The notes beneath the pieces are model-generated. The model ran no database searches and was not told where the DNA came from. It saw only the letters and a list, made by a program, of their open reading frames with translations. This document shows, piece after piece, positions 21,713 through 30,867 of a stretch of 64,000 nucleotides of DNA. Source of the DNA: an uncultured delta proteobacterium. Its GTDB lineage: Bacteria; Desulfobacterota; RBG-13-43-22. Every line of letters begins with the position of its first letter. Positions within the stretch are counted from its first letter, which is position 1. The position numbers and the translations under genes are program-made. Where the stretch lies: positions 320,001 through 384,000 of the forward strand of contig CAWBOS010000013.1 in assembly GCA_963790475.1 (NCBI GenBank), written 5' to 3'.

Positions 21713-22960
21713 TCATATTCGGGTCAATGGCGGCGGAAACCAGGTCGCCTCAACGACATCACGCCGGCCTTCATAGATACGAAGCCCAAGCATATAGGGA
21801 CCGGCGGGTGCCGGGAGCCAATTTGAAATGTCGGCAGGGGGTTCACCGCCGAAAGTAATCGTAAGTCCATCGTGGTCACGAAGCAGGCCCGGGCTACGGT
21901 TTCCGATGCTATAGCGATTGAGAGGATTATCATAAAAAAACATGTCGGGTCCATAGACCGTGAGGGACCAGAAGGCCTTGGCGGGCGGTTCTTCTCCCGG
22001 AGGAAAACGTAAGGTAAGGCGGCGGCTTCCGTTCAGCGGTTCTCCCGCATTGTCATGCCGGGCGGAGTAGCTGCTGTTCTCCTGGCGGTGGTGTCCTGCT
22101 AAAGTGAACCGGGCGCAGGCGGCTCGGGCCAGGACGTCCTGACCGAACTGAGTGCCTTTTGAACGGGTACCCCAACCATTCCGGAAACGGTCAGCCCCGA
22201 AACCGACTGCCCGGATGCGTTCGTCTCCGACCGTGACCCCGGCGGCCAGAACTTCAGGATCGGCACCGGTTTCAAGCAGCCCTTGTTGTTCGGTGGTGAG
22301 CTTCGGATGCCAGGCCGCAGGAGGGTCAACTGACAAGGCTTCACGCAGCTCATCAAAGAACAATGCTCCCGCCGAAGACACCTCATTCGGTCGGCCCGGC
22401 GGCGGTGGTGTAGGGTTTGACGGGTGGTCTGGCGGAGCGGTCACCTTGATGCCTTCCTGCACCGCCCGAGCCCGGACCAGATCATCAGGGCCGTCAACCA
22501 GCGTTCGAACGAGCACCCACACGGTGGGTGTTCCGATGGCAATCGTGTCGGCACGTCGGGTGTGGTCGTGTTCTACCCTTGGGTCGTAGGTGAGCCGGAC
22601 CGAGGCCCCATCCACTCCGTACTGGCGCCGGCTGACATAGGTCACATGGGTAAAGGCATCAAGCAGCATTACCGACCAGTACCGATCGGGATGATCCATC
22701 GGCGGTATGTCGAGCTGCAAGTCGCCCCATCGCAGATCATACCAGCCCGAAGAATACAGCGTGTCGTTGTTCGGTCCGACTACGGTCCGATCTCCGGCTG
22801 TCGCCAGTTCCCGGCGATGACGAAGAATACCCTGACCGCCTCGACCGCAGTGAAGGGCACGGGTCCGGTGCATGACCACCAGGGGGTGTCCCCAGACAAA
22901 AAGGCCGGCCGCAAGTTCGGACAAAGGATCCAATTCCTTTTCGATCTTATTGATGTTCAT
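21713..22960 (-). CDS. DUF1254/DUF1214 domain protein
   Basis: Motifs VVGPNNDTLYS..W.DL, FWSLTVY, NRYSIG and NWLPAP.G...L.LRIY. Confidence 0.85.
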   Translation of the reverse strand: MNINKIEKELDPLSELAAGLFVWGHPLVVMHRTRALHCGRGGQGILRHRRELATAGDRTVVGPNNDTLYSSGWYDLRWGDLQLDIPPMDHPDRYWSVMLLDAFTHVTYVSRRQYGVDGASVRLTYDPRVEHDHTRRADTIAIGTPTVWVLVRTLVDGPDDLVRARAVQEGIKVTAPPDHPSNPTPPPPGRPNEVSSAGALFFDELREALSVDPPAAWHPKLTTEQQGLLETGADPEVLAAGVTVGDERIRAVGFGADRFRNGWGTRSKGTQFGQDVLARAACARFTLAGHHRQENSSYSARHDNAGEPLNGSRRLTLRFPPGEEPPAKAFWSLTVYGPDMFFYDNPLNRYSIGNRSPGLLRDHDGLTITFGGEPPADISNWLPAPAGPYMLGLRIYEGRRDVVEATWFPPPLTRI

Positions 22961-23255
22961 AAGGCAGCAGGGAATTATTTCATTAATTGATTTATGAAAG
23001 CCAGTGTATTAGGGAACCTTTAAATTTGTCAATTTATTTATCGGCAAAAAAAGACGGTCTTCTTACGGGAAAGTCCGGATTGAAGTCTTCAAGCCACCTT
23101 GACACCGACCAATCCGTCCGGCAAGGCTATGGTGGAGGCACCCGTTGTCCTGGTCCTTTGCGGCCGGTTGCAAAAAGCGGGTTTTTATAAGGGCCAAGTG
23201 ACCACCAAGTTCGGAGATTGGTTTTTATACGACTTGGGGATTGCTACCCAATCGG

Positions 23256-23396
23256 TCAGGAGCCAGTAGTCAGAATCCAGAATAAAGCAGAATAAAAAGG
23301 CAGAAGATTGTAGTCAGAAGTAAGAAGTCAGAATAAAAACAGCGAGCCTATTTCCAGTATTTCCTTCCTGCTGAATTCTGGATTCTGAATTCTACT
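23256..23396. repeat. Inverted arrays of heptamer repeats (AGTCAGA-type / TTCTGA-type)
   Basis: agtcagaatccagaata...agtcagaagtaagaagtcagaa faces ctgaattctggattctgaattct. Confidence 0.7.
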
Positions 23397-23409
23397 ATTT
23401 TACGTTTTC

Positions 23410-24153
23410 TTAAGCCTTGCGCTGAAACAGGTGTTTAATCGCGCTCCAGCCCATCTTGCGGCGCAGCATCCCCAACTGATCCTGCAGAGGCAGGTCTTTG
23501 GGACAGACGTCTTCACAACCCAACAATCCCATGCAGCCGAAGATCCCCTCGTCGGTCCCGACTAACTCGAAATATTGTTTATCGGTACGCTGGTCCCGCG
23601 GGTCCATCATAAAGCGGGCGATGCGGTTTAGGGCCACGGCCCCGACAAAATCCGGCCGCATATTGGCCGTACCGCAGGCGGCCACGCAGCAGCCGCATTC
23701 AATGCACCGTTCCAATTCATAGATCTCTTCGGCCAGAGAATTGTCCATGCGTTCTTCTCCGGCCGCAGGATCAAAGACCTTGTCCGTATGGACCCAGGAT
23801 TCCACCTTCTCGTTCATGGCCCGAAACCAGTTGCCGGTGTCCACCGAAAGATCACCGATCAGTTTAAAAACCGGGAGGGGCAGAAGGGTGATTTCATTAG
23901 GCAGGTCTTTGGTTTTAGTGTGGCAGGCCAGATCGGGTCGCCCATTGATCAGCATGGCGCAGGACCCGCAGATCCCGGCCCGGCAGCAGAAATCAAACTG
24001 AAGACCGGGGTCTTGTTCTTCCCGGATCCGATTCAGGGCGATAAAAAGGGTCAAGCTGTCGGTTTCTTCCAGATGAAAATCCTGCATGTGCGGCTGTGAA
24101 GCGGGATCCAATGGATTATAGCGGAAGATGTGAAAGGTCAATTGTCTGGCCAT
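23410..24153 (-). CDS. frdB: Fumarate reductase/succinate dehydrogenase Fe-S subunit
   Basis: Motifs CCRAGICGSCAM, CIECGCCVAAC and CMGLLGCEDVCPK. Confidence 0.93.
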   Translation of the reverse strand: MARQLTFHIFRYNPLDPASQPHMQDFHLEETDSLTLFIALNRIREEQDPGLQFDFCCRAGICGSCAMLINGRPDLACHTKTKDLPNEITLLPLPVFKLIGDLSVDTGNWFRAMNEKVESWVHTDKVFDPAAGEERMDNSLAEEIYELERCIECGCCVAACGTANMRPDFVGAVALNRIARFMMDPRDQRTDKQYFELVGTDEGIFGCMGLLGCEDVCPKDLPLQDQLGMLRRKMGWSAIKHLFQRKA

Positions 24154-24183
24154 ATTAAGAACCTCGTTTCTCAGCAATTAGCT

Positions 24184-24324
24184 GGGACCTTTGAAAACCC
24201 CCCCTTTTGCCCAATCTCTGCGTCAGACTAAAATTTTAATCCTCGAAATACTATAGGTATTCCTGTGGTAAAAATTCCCGTCTTCCTTGACCTTGAACAA
24301 AATGGAACATTTTTCAAAGGTCTC
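24184..24324. mobile_element. MITE-like element between frdA and frdB
   Basis: Terminal inverted repeats GGGACCTTTGAAAA (24184-24197) / TTTTCAAAGGTCTC (24311-24324) match at 13/14. No ORF inside. Confidence 0.6.
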
Positions 24325-24405
24325 TATCTAACAGCGATTAACACTAAGAATTCAACTTTAAGAGTTTTTGTTTTTGGCTGACTGCAGACCGCTGTTAGCT
24401 GTTAT

Positions 24406-26274
24406 TCATTCATTAAATTCAGATGTCGGTTCTTTAAGCCCGCAAACCTCCGGGTCTTCAGAACAGATGATAGTACTGGCCCCGTAGCCCCGGTCTCCGG
24501 GCGGGATCTCCCAGACCTTCGAATTAGTCTCATAGGTCAGGGTGGGAAGTCTATCCCCTTCCTTCCAGGTCGCTAAGGTCCTTTTCAACCAGTCCCGGTC
24601 GTTTCGTTCCGGATAGTCTTCCCGGGCATGGCAGCCCCGGCTTTCGGTTCGCATTAAGGCCCCATAGGCAACGCACAGGGCCAGGCGCATCATCCCTTTA
24701 AAACGGATGGCCAGGGAAAGTTCCGGGTTGGCCCCCAGACCGTTAGACTTAAGGCCGATCTTTTGGGCCCTTTCATATATGGTTTGAAGGTTGTCCACGG
24801 CCTTTTGCAGATCCTGCCCATTCCGGAAAATAGCCACCCTATCCATCAACTCGTCCTGCATGGCCTTTCGGAGTTCAAAGACGTTTTCTTCGCCGTCCCG
24901 TCTTTGTATCAGCCGTTCGATCCGGTTTTCATCCTTTTTTATGGCCTCGCGGACGGATTCGGTTTTAAACTGAACTTCATATCCCTCCAGAAAATCACCG
25001 ACTTTTTCACCCACAATCTTCCCGGCCACAATGGTTTCGGCCAGGGAATTGCCTCCCAGGCGGTTGAAGCCATGCATGTCCCAGCAGGCGGCCTCGCCGG
25101 CGGCAAAGAGGCCTTTTAAGCCATAAGCCGCACCGTCTTTGTTGGTTCTAACCCCCCCCATGCTGTAATGCTGGCAGGGACGGACCGGGATCATCTGGGT
25201 GACAGGATCTATGCCCAAAAATTTATTGCAGATCTCATCCACTTCCCTGAGTTTGGTCTTGATGTGCTGAGCCCCCAGGTGGCGGATGTCCAGCCAAAGG
25301 TGATCGCCATAAGGGCTTTTGACCCCTTTGCCTTCCCGGATATGGTGGGTCATCCAGCGGGAGACGACGTCCCGGGAAGCCAGTTCCTGTTTGGCCGGCT
25401 CATAAATATTCATGAACCGTTCTTCGTTGACATCCTTTAAGGTCCCGCCGTCTCCCCGGCATCCCTCGGTGACCAGGATATTGGTGGGCACAATACCCGT
25501 GGGGTGAAATTGTACGGCCTCCATATTGCCCAGAGGGACAACGCCGGTATCCAGGGCAAGGATCGCTCCGGAACCGTCATTGATCACGGCATTGGTGGTT
25601 TCCCGGTAAAGCCGGCCGTAGCCGCCGGTGGCGATCAAGGTGGCCTTGGCCAGATAGACCCGCAGGTTCCCGGTCCTTAAACATCGGGCCACGGCTCCCA
25701 TGCAGGTGACCCCATCATGGATCAGGGAGAGGACCTCCACCCGGTCATGAACCGTCACTCCCAGCTGGACTACAACATTATCCATAGTGAACAACAGGGT
25801 GTGTCCGGTCCCATCCGAAGTGTAGCAGGTCCGCCATTTAGCCGTGCCTCCGAAATCCCGGGCCATGATCAGCCCTTCCTTTTCTTTGACCTCGATTTTT
25901 TCATATTGCTTCCCGGCCTTGAAATAGGTGCTCTTACCGGCCACTACCCGATTCCAGGGGATCCCCCAATGGGCCATTTGCCGCACGGCAATCGGAGCGG
26001 TTTCAGCAAAGAGACGGGCCACTTCCTGGTCGCATCCCCAGTCCGAACCTTTAACGGTGTCGGAGAAATGGATGTCCGGACAATCGCCGTCACCCATACA
26101 ACAATTTCCCAAAGAGGCCTGCATACCGCCCTGAGCGGCCGAGGAATGAGAGCGTCTGGGAGGGACAATACTAAGGAGGAGGGTCTTGAAACCGCGGGAA
26201 GCTGCTTCCACAGCCACTCGTTCACCGGCCAGTCCGGCCCCTATGGATAATAAATCAGTGTAGTAGGTTTCCAA
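24406..26274 (-). CDS. frdA: Fumarate reductase flavoprotein subunit
   Basis: Motifs GAGLAG, RSHSSAAQGG, QFHPT, EGCRGDGG, HYSMGG, HGFNRLGGNSL and ESRG.H.REDYP. Confidence 0.95.
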   Translation of the reverse strand: METYYTDLLSIGAGLAGERVAVEAASRGFKTLLLSIVPPRRSHSSAAQGGMQASLGNCCMGDGDCPDIHFSDTVKGSDWGCDQEVARLFAETAPIAVRQMAHWGIPWNRVVAGKSTYFKAGKQYEKIEVKEKEGLIMARDFGGTAKWRTCYTSDGTGHTLLFTMDNVVVQLGVTVHDRVEVLSLIHDGVTCMGAVARCLRTGNLRVYLAKATLIATGGYGRLYRETTNAVINDGSGAILALDTGVVPLGNMEAVQFHPTGIVPTNILVTEGCRGDGGTLKDVNEERFMNIYEPAKQELASRDVVSRWMTHHIREGKGVKSPYGDHLWLDIRHLGAQHIKTKLREVDEICNKFLGIDPVTQMIPVRPCQHYSMGGVRTNKDGAAYGLKGLFAAGEAACWDMHGFNRLGGNSLAETIVAGKIVGEKVGDFLEGYEVQFKTESVREAIKKDENRIERLIQRRDGEENVFELRKAMQDELMDRVAIFRNGQDLQKAVDNLQTIYERAQKIGLKSNGLGANPELSLAIRFKGMMRLALCVAYGALMRTESRGCHAREDYPERNDRDWLKRTLATWKEGDRLPTLTYETNSKVWEIPPGDRGYGASTIICSEDPEVCGLKEPTSEFNE

Positions 26275-26385
26275 AATAACCTCCAGAAGGATTACGGTAT
26301 AAGGTATAAGGTGTACGGTTTTCCCTTAAACCTCCTGCCCCTGCGGGCCTGCAGGCGCAGGCCTTTAACCTTGAACCCTGAATTT

Positions 26386-27036
26386 TCAAAGCACCAAAGT
26401 ATAAAAGCTATAAAGCGTCACCGCCCCGATAATCAGGAAACAGAGGGTCAGGATATTTTCCAGCCGTTTATAAAAGGGACGATTGGACCTTTTGATGATT
26501 CCCCATTTGACACCGATCCGGTAGAAGCCGATCCCGACGTGAAGCTCGATCATGGGCAGCAATATGATATAAAAAACCAGCCAGAATCCACCTTGAATAC
26601 GGGCAGCACTTTTAGCCGCCCTGATGGGGAGATCGGTCAAGATGGTCCAAATGTGAATGGAACCCATGATGAGTACGATCATGGCCGTCCCCGCCTGGAT
26701 CACCCACAACCAGGTATCCAGATGATGGAGTCTCTGGCTGTGCTGCCAGATGGCCTTTTGTTCCTGGCTGCGGAAGGGGAGCTTGCGGGCGGCCAGGATA
26801 AAATGGAGCAAAAAAGCGGCGCCGATAAACGGCCCCCCGATCTGAGCCATATAGGTATCTTCCAGGAATTTGGCCAGGGCGTTCATCGCCCCTGGTCCCA
26901 GGTTGATGCTGGCCACCAGGATCATGTGGCTCCACATAAATAGGATTAATCCTACACCGGTCAGCATCTGTAAAAAATCGAGGTAGGCAGCGGTGCGAAT
27001 AGATGGTCGCGCATAAGTGAGGGTTTCACTGGGCAT
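26386..27036 (-). CDS. frdC: Fumarate reductase cytochrome b subunit
   Basis: Five hydrophobic helices with His ligands (WSHM, LHF, IHIW, LHVG) and RIGVKWG. GGAGG precedes ATG 27036. Confidence 0.9.
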   Translation of the reverse strand: MPSETLTYARPSIRTAAYLDFLQMLTGVGLILFMWSHMILVASINLGPGAMNALAKFLEDTYMAQIGGPFIGAAFLLHFILAARKLPFRSQEQKAIWQHSQRLHHLDTWLWVIQAGTAMIVLIMGSIHIWTILTDLPIRAAKSAARIQGGFWLVFYIILLPMIELHVGIGFYRIGVKWGIIKRSNRPFYKRLENILTLCFLIIGAVTLYSFYTLVL

Positions 27037-27143
27037 GATTCCTCCCCAAAAAATAAATTCTGAAGGGATTAAGCGTTCACCTTGGAACAGGTGCAAATTT
27101 TATATCAAGGCCCGATTGGCTTGTCAAGGAATACCATTTTTGT

Positions 27144-28317
27144 TCAGGCCTTTTGTAAAATCAGCCCCTTCAAATAAAGGCTTTCCGGAAAATTCAATAA
27201 GACCGGGTGATCCCCGGCCTGCATCCTTTTTTCCAGAAGGAGGATTCTGCCACCGGCTTTTTGGGCTGAATGGGAAAGAATATCCAGAAAAAGGGATTCG
27301 GTGATGTTATACGAACAGGAATAAGTACTTAAGAATCCCGCCGGGATTTAGGCATCGTAAGCCCCGTCGATTCAATTCCTGATATCCCCGAAGGGCAGAG
27401 GAAACAACAGACTTCTTTCTGGCGAAGGGTGGCGGATCCAGGACGATCAGATCAAATTTTAAGCTCTGCTCATCAGCTTCTTTAAGATAATCAAAGATAT
27501 TTTTTTTCTGAAAGCTGATATTGGAAAACCCATTCAGTTCGGCATTCTTTCGGGCCATTTCCAAGGCCGGGGCTGAATCGTCAATAGCCAAAACCTCTTT
27601 GGCCTTTCGGGCCAGGTGCAGGGCAAACCCGCCGGTATAGCAGAAACAATCCAGGACCCTTCCCTGACTTTGAGGGTACGAAACCAAATGGAGCCGATTT
27701 TCTTTTTGATCCAGATAAGCTCCGGTTTTTTGACCTGACACCAAGTCCACCTCATACTGGACAGGACCTTCCCCAACTCGTACTTTTTCGGGAACTTGTC
27801 CGTATAAGGTCCGGACCTCGTGGGGAAGATGCTCTATGAAGCGGGCTTCGAAATCGTTTCGAATCAGGATGGAATCAGGGTGAATAAGTTCTTGAAAAAT
27901 AAGTTCTAACTGACTTAATATTCTATCTATTCCAGGTATAATGGTTTGGATAACCAAATGACCGGCATACCAATCGGCAATCAATCCGGGAATACCGTCG
28001 GCCTCGGAGAAAACAAGCCGGCAAGCCTGGTTCCGGTCCAAGAATTCTTTTCGGCTGTCTATGGCCTTTTGAAGCATCAGACGCCAGTAGTCTTGTTCAA
28101 TGATTCCGGTATCTGAGGTGATAAATCTTAAAGTAATCTTGGAATAACGGCTATAGAAGGCCCAACCTAAAAAAACATTCCGTGGGTTATAAAGAGCGAC
28201 TATATCCCCGTTCTCGGATTCGTTCAGGCTTGAGACATCATCTCGAAAGATCCAGGGGTGACCTGATCGAAACCATCTTTCCCCTTTGGGGGTTAATGTT
28301 GCTTTGGGGTGATTCAT
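27144..28317 (-). CDS. RlmI-like class I SAM rRNA methyltransferase, one-base frameshift near 27330
   Basis: Motifs GHPWIF, EADG.PGL, GQKTG.YLDQ and LDPP.FA. Removing one A from CTTAAGT restores ...STYSCSYNITE...DHP...PES.YLKG to a stop at 27144. Confidence 0.85.
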
Positions 28318-28323
28318 TGAGAT

Positions 28324-28500
28324 AGACTGAAGACTGAAGGCTGAAGACTGAAGGTAATACAGTATGATATCATTAATACCGAAGGTTTAACTTTATAAAA
28401 ATAATGGAATATACCAAGGCGTTTTCTGTTCTGTCCCCAAAAATCTTCAGCCTTCGGTCTAATGGTCTTCAGCCTATTCCCAGCCTTCAGCCTATTCATC
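28324..28500. repeat. Inverted heptamer arrays (GACTGAA / TTCAGCC)
   Basis: agactgaagactgaaggctgaagactgaagg ... cttcagccttcggtc...cttcagccta...ccttcagccta. Confidence 0.75.
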
Positions 28501-28509
28501 TGAGTCTTG

Positions 28510-29514
28510 TTACTCTTCCAGCAGCGGTTTGTATTTCTTTAAATCAGTCAGGATTTTTTTCATCCCCCTGATGACACAAAAATGGGGTTCCGGAGGAATT
28601 CGAACCGGCAGGTTGAATCTTTTTTTTATTCTTTCCGGCCAACCCTTAAGCAAAGCCCCTCCCCCTACCAGTGTTGCACCGTTGTTGGAAATATCGGTGA
28701 TCAATTCAGGGGTCAGAGATTCCAAGGCCAGTCCGATCCCATTGAGTATTTTCCGGGTGGGGGTTTCCAAGGCCAGACGAATATCGGCGGTATTCAGCCG
28801 GCTCTGCCTTGGAAAACGATAGATCCGATTAAATCCCTTAATGTCAAAGGCATAATCCTCATCTACCGGGGCTACACTGCCATGAAGTATTTTCACGGTT
28901 TCCGACGTGTTCAACCCGATGGAGAAATGATGTTTGAGTTCAATATCCTGTTTGATGGCCTGATCAAAAACATTACCTCCGATTTTCAGGGACATACACT
29001 TTACAACCCCGCTCAGGGACAGGATGGTTATTTCAGTGGTCCCTCCTCCAAAATCTATTACCAGGTTGCCGGAAGGGGCCTCAAGGGGGATCTCCGCTCC
29101 CAGGGCCGCCGCATAGGGTTCCCGGATCAGGAAGATCCGGGAAAAAGGAAAAAGTTCCAGTTGTTTTCGATAAGCCCTGATCTCAACATCGGTCGCACCC
29201 CAAGGAAGGCAAAAAAGGACATTACGCACGATGCCCCTTCGGTTCTTTAAGACCTTTTTGATCAGGATCTGGACGAAGCTGCGGCACACCTCAAGATCGG
29301 AAATAACCCCGTCCCGCAAGGGTTGAATCACCTGGATATTTTTGGGGGCCAGGCCAAACATCTCTTTGGCCGCAATCCCAATGGCCAGGGGAGCTTTATC
29401 TTGATTTTTTAAGGCAACGAAGGTAGGTTCCATCAGGAAGCTGTCGTTTGCAAAAAGATAAGCAACCGAGTAGGTGGTACCCAAATCAATGGCCAGATGA
29501 TGCAATAAAGCCAT
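28510..29514 (-). CDS. Divergent MreB-like (actin-fold) ATPase
   Basis: Motifs AIDLGT, PLRDGVI.D, EP.AAALGA, IDFGGGTTE and LVGGGALL. Confidence 0.85.
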   Translation of the reverse strand: MALLHHLAIDLGTTYSVAYLFANDSFLMEPTFVALKNQDKAPLAIGIAAKEMFGLAPKNIQVIQPLRDGVISDLEVCRSFVQILIKKVLKNRRGIVRNVLFCLPWGATDVEIRAYRKQLELFPFSRIFLIREPYAAALGAEIPLEAPSGNLVIDFGGGTTEITILSLSGVVKCMSLKIGGNVFDQAIKQDIELKHHFSIGLNTSETVKILHGSVAPVDEDYAFDIKGFNRIYRFPRQSRLNTADIRLALETPTRKILNGIGLALESLTPELITDISNNGATLVGGGALLKGWPERIKKRFNLPVRIPPEPHFCVIRGMKKILTDLKKYKPLLEE

Positions 29515-29527
29515 GGGTTATTTTTGA

Positions 29528-30487
29528 CTAAAGCCCTTCTTTGGCTAATTCTTCCAGGAGCTTTTTTTGAGGGTCCGACAATTTTTTGGGGACTTTAATT
29601 AAGATTTTGACAAACTGGTCTCCCTTGCCCTTACTTCCTAAAATAGGCAGGCCATATCCTTTTAATCGCAGTTTGGATTGGGGTTGCGTTCCAGCCGGGA
29701 TTTTGACATGAAGAGACTTCCCTTCCAAGGTGGGAACCTCCACCTTGGTTCCCAGGACCGCCTGGGAAAAGCTGATTTCTTTTTCGACCACCAGGTTTTG
29801 TTCTTCCAGTTTAAATATCGGGTCCTCCAGGACTTTTATTTGAATAAATAGGTCTCCTGAAGGCCCACCGGTGAGGCCGGGGTCCCCTTTTCCTGAAATG
29901 CGCAGCTTTTTTCCCGTTGAGATACCGGGGGGTATCTTGACCATGACCTTTTCCGTCTTCCTCCCCGTCGGAAAAGACAGCTGTTTTTCCGTCCCCAGGG
30001 CCGCTTCCTTAAGAGTGATGGAAAGTTCATACATCTGATCATCCCCCCTTTGAGGTCTGCCGGCTCCGGCATACTGCGCAAAGGGATCTCCATAATCGAA
30101 GCCTTGACCACCCCGGTTAAAAGTATAGGTCTTATAACCCCCCCCACCCGGATGGCCGGTCCTCTGGCCGAAAATATTTTCAGAGCCGCCGCCGAATCCA
30201 AATTCTTTAAAGAGATTGCTGAAATCGAAACCCCGGAAGATGTCTTCCTGGCTATAACGCTGCTGAAATCCATCGGAACCAACGGTGTCGTACTGCTTTC
30301 TCTTTTCTTTGTCACTCAACACCGCATAGGCCTCACTCAGTTCCTTGAACTTTTCTTCGGCCTTTTTGTCCCCTTTATTCCGGTCGGGATGAAACTTCAT
30401 GGCCAGTTTCCGGTAGCTTTTTTTGATTTCATCCTCGGTAGCCTTTTTTTCCACCCCGAGGGTCTTATAATAATTTTTATCGCTCAT
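29528..30487 (-). CDS. DnaJ/CbpA-like co-chaperone (no zinc finger)
   Basis: J domain with HPD, G/F-rich linker, DnaJ C-terminal domain. Confidence 0.93.
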   Translation of the reverse strand: MSDKNYYKTLGVEKKATEDEIKKSYRKLAMKFHPDRNKGDKKAEEKFKELSEAYAVLSDKEKRKQYDTVGSDGFQQRYSQEDIFRGFDFSNLFKEFGFGGGSENIFGQRTGHPGGGGYKTYTFNRGGQGFDYGDPFAQYAGAGRPQRGDDQMYELSITLKEAALGTEKQLSFPTGRKTEKVMVKIPPGISTGKKLRISGKGDPGLTGGPSGDLFIQIKVLEDPIFKLEEQNLVVEKEISFSQAVLGTKVEVPTLEGKSLHVKIPAGTQPQSKLRLKGYGLPILGSKGKGDQFVKILIKVPKKLSDPQKKLLEELAKEGL

Positions 30488-30623
30488 GTTAAATCCTATC
30501 TTCGGGAAAATTCCATTTTCTCAAAAGGTTAGGTTATCTTTTTAAATAACTTTTAATAATTATATCCATATTTTTTGTTCTGTCAATCGAATCCGTGGCT
30601 AAGGGCCCTCAAAATTGAGAATC

Positions 30624-30772
30624 GGTAGTGTATCACTTTCAAAATTGTCCCCATTGAAATTCCCGAAAGAGCATGATATACTTTTGGTATGAAAAAAATC
30701 AAAATAGAACACCCCGATTTAAGTCAGCTTGCCCACGCCGTGGTCAAGGCTGCTGCAGAGGACGATAATTAA
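30624..30772 (+). mobile_element. Possible IS1-like element remnant: end motif, promoter and 27-aa ORF (30689-30772)
   Basis: GGTAGTGTATCACTTTCAAAATT (30624-30646); TTGAAA-17-TATACT (30654-30682); ORF MKKIKIEHPDLSQLAHAVVKAAAEDDN. Confidence 0.4.
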
Positions 30773-30867
30773 TCAAAGCAACCCCCCTGAGAATCTTTTT
30801 AATTGAATCCAGTTTCAACCGATGGTGATCTAAAGATTTTATATTCTCCTTCTTCAGCAAGAACATC

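Noticed and set aside
23065-23080. GGAAAGTCCGG resembling RNase P RNA
   Set aside because: The other RNase P conserved elements are missing. 6S RNA and c-di-GMP riboswitch patterns were not convincing either.
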